NCBI RefSeq assembly: GCF_006345805.1
Contig: NC_042997.1
Location: 158,968,001 to 159,032,000, forward strand
Direction of reading: 5' to 3'
Source: Octopus sinensis
Taxonomy: Eukaryota
DNA: 64,000 nucleotides
The position numbers and the translations under genes are program-made. The stretch's first letter is position 1, and each line of letters starts with the position of its first letter. Shown piece after piece: positions 56,029 through 64,000 of this stretch. Below the pieces are notes generated by a model. That model was not told where the DNA came from. It ran no database searches and saw nothing but the letters and a program-made list of their open reading frames with translations.

Positions 56029-57145
56029 ATGGAAAACTTGTTAGAGGGTTTGTTTGAGTTGCAACAACAACTCAAAGAACAACAAGTATTATAGCAACAA
56101 ATGCTACAAGATGGTAAGAAAACTGGAAAATATGTTCTCGCTAGACCATGTAGCAAATTCAATAAATGAATTTCAATATGTCCCGGAAGAAGGAATCACT
56201 GTCGAGGTATATTACCGAAGATATGAACAAATTTTCGAAAATCAATGCCAAGACTGGACGGGCGAAATGAAAACGCTCCTAATTCTGAGGAAACTTGTGA
56301 CGATAGAGCATGATAAATACTGTACCTATATATTATCTAAAAAAAGTTTCTGACATAAATTTCACGGACACAATTGACATTTTATGTAAGAAAAAAAAAC
56401 ATGGTTATTCAACACATGTTGGGAGTCTTTAAACACGGAGAAAAGCCATGTCGAACACTTTACCACATATGCGGGAAGAGTGAATAGCGAGTGCGAGTGA
56501 TTTAAAATGGATAAATTAACTCCAGTCTCGTTCAAGTGCCTAATGTTTTCTCGGGGATTTACTACTAAAATAGGACGCAGAAGTCAGAACGAAAATTCCT
56601 GTAAAGCTGGAAATGAACCAGGATATAACTCTCCAGAAACTGTCAGAAGAGTGCGATAGGATATTAAAAGGCACGACATAGAAGAGATCCAACGCAGAGA
56701 TGGTTTTCAGATAAAAACCAGGGTGAAAAAGTTGGGATACGGATAAAGCGTTTCACAAAATAACATGATATATCAGGAGATAAATCCATGTATGGCATGT
56801 GGTGGTAGGCATCTGAGAAAAGAGGGTTCGTTCAAAAAAGCGAAGTGTTTTCGCTGCGGGAACACAGGACACATTAAATCGCACTGCAGAACTAAGATGA
56901 CGAAAAATTGGACCAAAAGAGAAAAAAAGGTTTGTACAACGAACAGAAAATTCATCAAGGTGAGAATTGAATCCACTAGGGTCAAAAATGCAATTAGACA
57001 CGGGTATTGACATCACTATCATAAATGAAGAACCACGACGACAAATCGGTAAACCGAAATTATTTAAGTCAAGTAAAGTCGCATATAGTCTTATGGAAAG
57101 CAAATTATGTTTCATCGGTGAATGTATTTGCAATGTAACAGTTTG
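56029..57145 (+). pseudogene. gag: gag plus aspartic protease pseudogene
   Basis: FQYVPEEGIT.EVYYRRYE.IF..LRKL..EHDKY, TYAGRVNSECE, FKCLMF, knuckles CMACGGRH..CFRCGNTGHIKSHC, and QLDTGIDITII (DTG at 56997-57005). Confidence 0.85.
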
Positions 57146-57319
57146 AGGTGAAACGGAAAGGACAATAATTTGTGTTGAAAAAAATCACTAAACCTATTTG
57201 GCACATGATGATGATCATCATCATGATCATGATGATCATGATGATTATGATGAACGTTCGTTACTACTATATATCAAAGATTACGTGGTGTAATACACCA
57301 ATTATTTTTCAAAAAGTCT

Positions 57320-57530
57320 GCGATCTGGCAGAATCGTTATCGCTCCGGCTGAAACGCTTAACGGCATTTCGTCCGTCCTTATGTTCCGAGTTCAAATTCT
57401 GCTGGGGTCGACTTTACCTTTCATCCTTTCAGGGTCGATGAAATAAGTACCAGTTACGTACTGGAGTTTATGTAATTGACTATAGCTCCCTCCCACAAAA
57501 TTGCAGGTCTTGAGCCTTTAGTAGAAAGGA
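57320..57530 (+). mobile_element. SINE family 2 copy
   Basis: Similarity to 27343-27568. Confidence 0.8.
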
Positions 57531-57574
57531 TTTTCTTTCAATTCGTTTGAATGAAAATTGGAGATTTAGTGGCT

Positions 57575-58265
57575 CTTTCTAGCATTTCGGGTAACCACGA
57601 AAAGATACCACCAATTTGCTTCTTTGTTGTTTATCCCCAGATCTAAAGCTTTCCAAATATGATCACCAAATCAATTTTCTTCTTTTAATTTTTCCGTGAA
57701 CTACATTATCCAAGGTCTCCTTCATTTATTTCAGACAGTGAGGTGCATTGTGAGGCAGATTCTCTGCTGCTTCTAACAAGTCGACTAACTACGTAGTAGC
57801 TTTCCCTCTGTTTCATTTGCTGATTTCCATGATTGTCGTTCATGTTGGGACAGATAACTAGTTATGGTGATTATTCTCCAAAATTTAAATTCGTTTGCTG
57901 ACATTCATTGTCTTCTGTATATTGATATTCAAAATTTCAAACAGCAGATGCTTTTCCGTATTCTCCATTGTCATCCCTCTATAACATCCGATATTATAAC
58001 ACAGCCAAATTCTTTCAAGCCATCAGTCTTCCTTTGCCAAAACTACTGATAATCCATCTATTCATTAGCATGCCTTTTAATATAAAATGAATCCCAGCAT
58101 GTATTTTACATCCATGCACATGATACGGACTATCACCTCTTGTTCCATGCATAGTCTGCACAATTCTGATAATACTTCTTTTCTCTCAATTTTTCTTCCA
58201 TGCCCTTTTTTCCTTATTATTTCTTCCTGCATATTAATTTTTTAAGAATACATTATTTTCCCAGA
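57575..58265 (-). mobile_element. degenerate RLE retrotransposon C-terminal fragment (family G)
   Basis: Broken frame CRLCMEQE.., WLCYN.., EN.EK.L; knuckle and RLE spacing as in R4-type proteins. Confidence 0.55.
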
Positions 58266-58284
58266 ATGGTGGCTACGCAATTAT

Positions 58285-58372
58285 CATTATTATTGTTTTT
58301 GTTGTTGTTGTTGTTGTTCTTGTTGTTCTTGTTCTTGTTCTTGTTCTTGTTGTTCTTGTTCTTGTTCTTGTT
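58285..58372. repeat. (TTG)n/(TTCTTG)n tract
   Basis: Direct reading. Confidence 0.9.
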
Positions 58373-58384
58373 ATTCATTCTATT

Positions 58385-58750
58385 ATCATAGGTTTTGTTG
58401 AAACTCCTGGAGTCTTGCATGAGTAGTGGATTTGCTACCTGCAGCCTACGTAACCATGCTAACCGTTCATTTCAGCTAATACTTTCCTTGTTTATTCTGG
58501 CCATGCCAAGGAGGCAAACCTTTTGTAACAGTTATATTCCTCTTGATGCCTTCGGATACTGTCCACAAGGACCCACCAATAATTGGCACTATCTTCACCG
58601 TCTTCATTTTCCATAGTCGGGCTAGCTTTTCACCTTCCTTCTTAACTATTCGTGGGGGAAAGGGGCATGCAACATCAACTATATAGCACATGTGGTATAT
58701 CTTGCCGACCACAACTAGGTCCGGTCTGTTATGCTCTAGCATAGGAAAAT
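58385..58750 (-). mobile_element. RLE retrotransposon 3' fragment (family F)
   Basis: ORF 58476..58820: HNRPDLVVV..IVDVACPF..K..EK..LWKMKTVKIVPIIGGSL. Confidence 0.8.
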
Positions 58751-58809
58751 AAATCATCATCATCATTATCATTATCACCACTACCATTATCATTATCATC
58801 ATTATTATA

Positions 58810-59962
58810 TGAAAACTCACAGCTTATTTTAGTGGGTGTGGTGGAAAGTGACACTTCAATGGCCATGCTTCAAGAACCTTGCGAAGAAATCTTCCAGTTT
58901 CAAACAAGGCTGATTTTTGTAGGTTTTCTACCTTCACACTAGCACGATCTTTTTCAGCAAAGTTGGTAGTTGAGTGCTGATACTTCCAAGTGCACCAATT
59001 ACTATTGGTATCACGTCTACTCTCTTCATTGACCACAACCCTCGTATTTCCTATTTCAGATTGCCATAGTGGTTTATTTTTCCATCGTCTTTCACCCTGA
59101 TCCTGTTGTCACCGGGGCATGCTATGTCGATTATCATACCTTTTCTTTATTTTTTATTCACCACAATAATGTCCGGTTTCCAATGTCTGGTCGGGTGATC
59201 GCACTGGGTCATTGCATCCCACAGGATTTTGCAATTCTCATTTTCGGTGACTCCTTCTGGAGATTTCTCATACCATATCTTTGCTCTTTGTAGGTTGGGA
59301 TTTCCACAGAGCTCCCAACGGATCATTCTTGCCACATTGTCATGGTGTCGTTTGTATTCGCATTGTACCAATTTCAGGCATTCGCTAACGATTTGCCATA
59401 CCGTTTCACCCTTCTCGCCACACATCCTGCATTTATCGCTATCGGTATTCTGCACTTCATATAATTGGTGGTTAACGCTTGTTCCTGAGCTGCGCATATG
59501 AGTGCTTCTGTGTTTATCCTTAGATCACTCCTCTTCATCGATAGCCACCGGTCCTCTGTATCTGTCTTGGCGTTCACATCTTTTGCAAACTGACCGTTTT
59601 CTTTTCCTTCCATGCTTTTTTTTTTCATTTCTTGTTTAAATTTTTCTTTCGTTACACAATTTTCAGTTTTGACGAGGCCCGCCTTCTTCGTGTGTTTCAA
59701 CAATAGCTCCATGGCATTTTTTATACAACACCCTAAGCTATTTTCCTCTGCTTCGATACAATACTGGCAACTGATCAAACCTCTCCCACCATTTCTTCTG
59801 GACAAGTACAGCCTATCGGTGTCACACTTAGGGTGGAAGGCTCCGTGCACTGTCAACATTTTTCTGGTCTTTGTCTTCACTTTCTTCATTTATCTCTTTT
59901 GCAATTTTATAATTCCCGCTCCATACCGAAGTGATGTCATCGCACACGTATGAACTGCTTTA
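58810..59962 (-). mobile_element. R4/Dong-type family D, 5'-truncated
   Basis: ORFs 59374..59889 (HGAFHPK.DTDRLY..GGRGL..AAQEQAL.TNY), 59147..59497 (CRMCGEKGETVWQIVSEC..KPDIIVV) and 58824..59036; (ATT/ATC)n flanks. Confidence 0.9.
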
Positions 59963-59983
59963 TTATTGTTATTATCATCATCA

Positions 59984-60029
<46 letters not shown>

Positions 60030-60046
60030 TATTATTATTATTATTA

Positions 60047-60506
60047 AGTGAGAGAGCAGTTCATACCATCAAAGTGACACTGGGGTAAAATATACGAAGC
60101 CCAATATACCCATCATGACCACCCGTCTGATAAGGGTACACCTGGCACATGCATCGCAACCATATGTGCGCGACATGGTGATCTCATATCAAGGTAAACA
60201 GCGCATGACCTTGCAGGTGGGGCCCAGTTAGAATTTTCTTCAGGTTGAGTAGCCCATCCCGCTCAAAAGGTCCCTGAATAAGGGTTGTTTAAGGATATTG
60301 AAAGAACCACCCATGTTTCCAGAGGTGAATTATTCAAACCCCAAAGAATCACTCTCAACACATGGCTATGATGCTCCCCCACTACTTCTGCTGGTGATCA
60401 GAGATGCACATATCGTCAGCCACTAAGGGACATGTTCAACTGGTTAAGGTCAAACAACTGACAAGCAAATCTGTGGTATTGAGCAGAATATTTGCTGTAG
60501 CCCATC

Positions 60507-60510
<4 letters not shown>
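60047..60510 (-). mobile_element. second copy of the S1 non-coding element, lacking about 90 nt at one end
   Basis: Reverse complement of about 20745-21212; (ATT)n on both sides. Confidence 0.88.
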
Positions 60511-60580
<70 letters not shown>

Positions 60581-60587
60581 CATCATT

Positions 60588-60800
60588 AAAGCGGCAAGCT
60601 AGAGGAATCTTTACTTCATTAGACAAATATTTTGCGGTATATCTTCTGGTTCTTTATGTTTTGAGTTTATACGTCACTGGTGTCGACTTTGCCTTTCAAC
60701 CATTGGAGTCGATAAAATATGTAGCAGCCGAGCACCGGGGTCGATGTAATCGACTTCTACATCCCCTTAAAATCGCTGGCCTTGAGCTGAAATTTCAAGC
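60588..60800 (+). mobile_element. diverged SINE family 2 copy
   Basis: gcggcaagctagaggaatc..gtcgactttgcctttc..gtcgatgtaatcgact. Confidence 0.7.
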
Positions 60801-60809
60801 CGTTATTGT

Positions 60810-63800
60810 TTTTTGTGATAAAGTAATTACGTGTTATTTTAGCTAGTAGAACTGTTATCTTGAGGTTTGATGACAAGAACCTTTCTTACGATTCTTGCAG
60901 AATACAGCTTGACACTCTTCTGAAATTCGACAATGCGTGTTTCAAGTGTACTAACTATCACAGAAACAATTGTAACCCTTGCCTATCTCCTGCTCTACAT
61001 CTCTTTGTCTAGGTCCTGATATTTCCCAATTGTCTCGATTTCTTTGGTATCTACTCCATCATCATATGATACAGCAAAGTTTATGATCTTACACTGTTCC
61101 TTTTTTTAATTTCTGTCCTCTACAATGATATCTGGTTTCCTTGCTTCAATAGAATGGTCAGCCTAAAAGAGAAATCTCATAAAATCCTCAAATTCTTACC
61201 CTCTGTTACAGCCTTTATCTCGTGTTCACACAGCTTTTCTATCTCTGAATCCACACACTCGACTAACATCCCATTGCAGTCATGGTAGCACTTATAATCT
61301 TTTTATGCTATCTTATTACATTCACTTCCAAAATGATTAATTACTTTTGTTTTCTTTCCCACAGATTCTGCATTTTCTCTGAAACATGGTTTTGTCAATC
61401 TATTTAAATCTTCGTGTAAAGTTTGATCAACATTCAGGTGATTCATTTTCACACTAGTTTTGGCAAACTCATCGGTACGAGTGTTTTGTCTATATCCTGG
61501 CCAGAAGGGTTAGTGCATTGATGAAAACCACAGGAGAAATCTAGTCTCCTTGGAATGTCTACTAGCAGTATTTTACAAACCCTAAAAATTCATTTCCACA
61601 TTTTACCTCTACTTCCTATGATCTCCCAAAAGGTATACAGCAATGACTGACTACCTTATCTTTTTGTGTAGACAGTGTATTTCAGGGTAAATCATTCATT
61701 GTAACACGGTTGGGTGTGGTTTGAGGAGAGTTCGGTCGCTATTTGTGGTAGGTCAGGCGAATATATTGAAGCTTCCCCTAGCTAGTTTTTATACTTGTAT
61801 TCAATCTTGGCTAGGACAGAACGTCCGGTGAACATATATTCTAATGTTTCGGTTAATAATATACAAGCTACGGTTATATTAATACACTTCATTCTTTAGA
61901 ATATATTTAGTAATAATATCTGTGAAGCAGTGGACCTGTTCTCTAATTGTTAACCATTCAGCTTCAATATCCGAGTTGATGCCGGTTAGCTATATGTGGG
62001 TGGTTTGCTTGTCACAGTTCATTTTCTCTCTTCTTAATGAGTAATTTCCACATCATACATTATTTTCCTATTTGAATATAATCACCTCTTGGTGCTTCCT
62101 TTATAACCCTTCTTTTATCTCTACTGCTATTTTCATCGATGTGTTGTTGGTTGTGCTTGTCTGATTCTGTTGATAGTTTCATTTCTTCTGGAACGCTGCT
62201 TTTGTATAAATGGATTTGATATTTTTGCTTTTATCGAGTTATAAAATTTGACGCATTTTCTCTCTGTATTCTATTCGAGGTTGAGAGTTTATTGCAATAA
62301 TGGCTGATTTGTAGCTGGTTTATATTTCTACCAGACTCTTACATTCCATAATTCTTTTTTATGTATAATCAACTGTACAATCACTGAACCTCACCTTTCT
62401 GGAGGTGCACTGTGTACATTGCAAGCAATCTCTTTGTTTTGTAGCTAGTATTTTTTAATATCATCTAGCTTCCAGTTGAAGACGTTAATGTTATATGCTA
62501 TTAATGGCATAGTTTTGGTGTTAATCTAATTTATGTTTTGCATTGAGCAGACTTTTTCTTCTATTTCATTCGGTTCTGTATTTTGCAAATATATTTTTTT
62601 TCACTCTGTGCTGAATTTAGTCGCCTTCAAGACTGCTAATCATAATGAACTGTCCAAAAATTCAGCTTAGGTTTAAGAGTTAAATATAGTCGTCAATAGA
62701 AATTCGTGATGATCTACTTCAATGTCGATTGGCTACTTGTTACATTTTAGATGACATCGTCTATATCAAATTTCATGCCAGTACATCTGAATGCAAACGG
62801 AAATATGGCTATGTCTAGATGTTCGTGTTTTTCAGTGTCTGGGTTAATTGTTCTTAAAGTTCGAAGCACGGATGCGGCATTGTCAGAACTAAGGTATATA
62901 CTCTAAGACTCGAGAGGAAGAAAGTTACTTGATGGGCCCGAGTGGCAGAGGTGCCTCGTGAAAATAAAGCCAAGATTTGGTCGTCCACTGACCAAGAGGA
63001 ACTCATTTCACACGATCTCAAGCAGATGTGTACATCTCTTCAGCAGCATTTCGATCAACCTTTAATGACAGAAGGAGAGCTGAAACACATGACGGCCTGC
63101 CTCAACTCTTGGTAAGTGACGCAGTGTTGCGAATTATTTCTTGTTTGAATCATTTGTTTCTTTAATTGTGTTTTCTTACAGTTTGCGTGGTTTCATGTAA
63201 CTCCATCTTATAGTGTAGTGTATCATCCTTCCCTATCCTCAATATTTCTGTAAACCCTTAGTGGTTAATAAATGAAATCATTATGATTATCATTCCGATA
63301 GTCGCTAATGCGCAGATGTGTTAGCGCTTTGAAAAAAATACTTACCAGCATTACTTTCAGTTCTATTGCCTATACTGCTGGTCAACGTTAGGCAGCTACA
63401 TACATGTATGATTGTTTCTTCAGCAACTCCACCCATTCGTCTCTTCCTTATATAATTTTCCTAGCTTTGGTCTTGTTGATCAGCAGTCAATAATATTTTC
63501 ATCTTCATTTTTCAGCCTTACACTTTCAGCAACTTCTTGTCTTTTTTTTTTATTTTCTACTTCGTTTAATATTGTCGGGTATTGGAAATGTAGGGAGTTT
63601 TTATTTTTATTGTTTTAGGACGGAATTTTGGAGATTAATTTTCTGCTTAGATTTTAGTTTTTCCTTTATTTTTAATCAAATCATGTCGTAGTTTCTTAAT
63701 TCTCTTCATAAGACTTCAGCCTCGATTTTATTTTTGCTGTGTTTCTAGAAGATAGAAAATAAGTTTTCTTTTGTTTTGTTCTATTTTCCAGATAGTCGTG

Positions 63801-63980
63801 TTACTTTCTAATTACTGATTACTAGATTTTTTTTCAGTCCCATGGTAGATATTTTATAATGAAGTTTTACTTGCAGAAGGTCATTACTCTCTTGAATTAC
63901 CTGTTTCAGTAATATATTATAAATAAAGTAATTATTTTTATTTTCCTGTCTAGTCTTACTAATTGGTTTAGCGTTAAGTT
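60810..63980 (-). mobile_element. long, heavily degenerate R4/Dong-type element (possibly more than one piece)
   Basis: Broken frames give CRICGKEN..NHF.SEC, EARKPDIIV..KYQDL (60850-61380), TGMKFDID and INT..P.I.Y..NW (62400-62800) and RIKKLRHDL (about 63690-63720). Confidence 0.7.
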
Positions 63981-64000
63981 GAAAATATTATAACGATAAC

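Larger units (their letters stand above)
55584..57190 (+). mobile_element. truncated Ty3/Gypsy LTR retrotransposon (5' LTR, PBS, gag, protease)
   Basis: LTR with TGTTGT..ACAACA termini, TGGCGAC PBS, gag and DTG protease remnants; no RT, integrase or 3' LTR seen. Confidence 0.85.

Noticed and set aside
62933-63117. 60 stop-free codons ending at a GTAAGT donor-like site as a host exon
   Set aside because: No pyrimidine-rich acceptor, no recognisable protein family, and it lies inside degenerate retroelement sequence.

Overview
AT-rich, microsatellite-dense eukaryotic DNA with no confidently identifiable intact host gene. The SINE families and microsatellite pattern look like an octopus (cephalopod) genome; this is inference from recognition, not a database result. 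The window is dominated by mobile DNA. (1) Two dense clusters (about 13.1-27.3 kb, almost all + strand; about 55.2-64.0 kb, - strand) of non-LTR retrotransposons with RT, a CCHC knuckle and a restriction-like endonuclease (R4/Dong type). Several distinct families are present, most copies sitting in (TAA)n tracts, including one near-full-length copy and a non-coding ~560-bp passenger element. (2) A truncated Ty3/Gypsy element, two mariner relics, CR1-like and RTE-like LINE fragments, a Helitron-type non-autonomous element, many tRNA-related SINEs and three long inverted repeats. (3) Four unrelated short repeats with minimal type-I hammerhead ribozyme architecture. One (44798-44850, - strand) has intact stems and a reciprocal C3G/G8C core swap and is the strongest novelty candidate. 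Boundaries of degenerate elements are approximate (about 10-30 nt).
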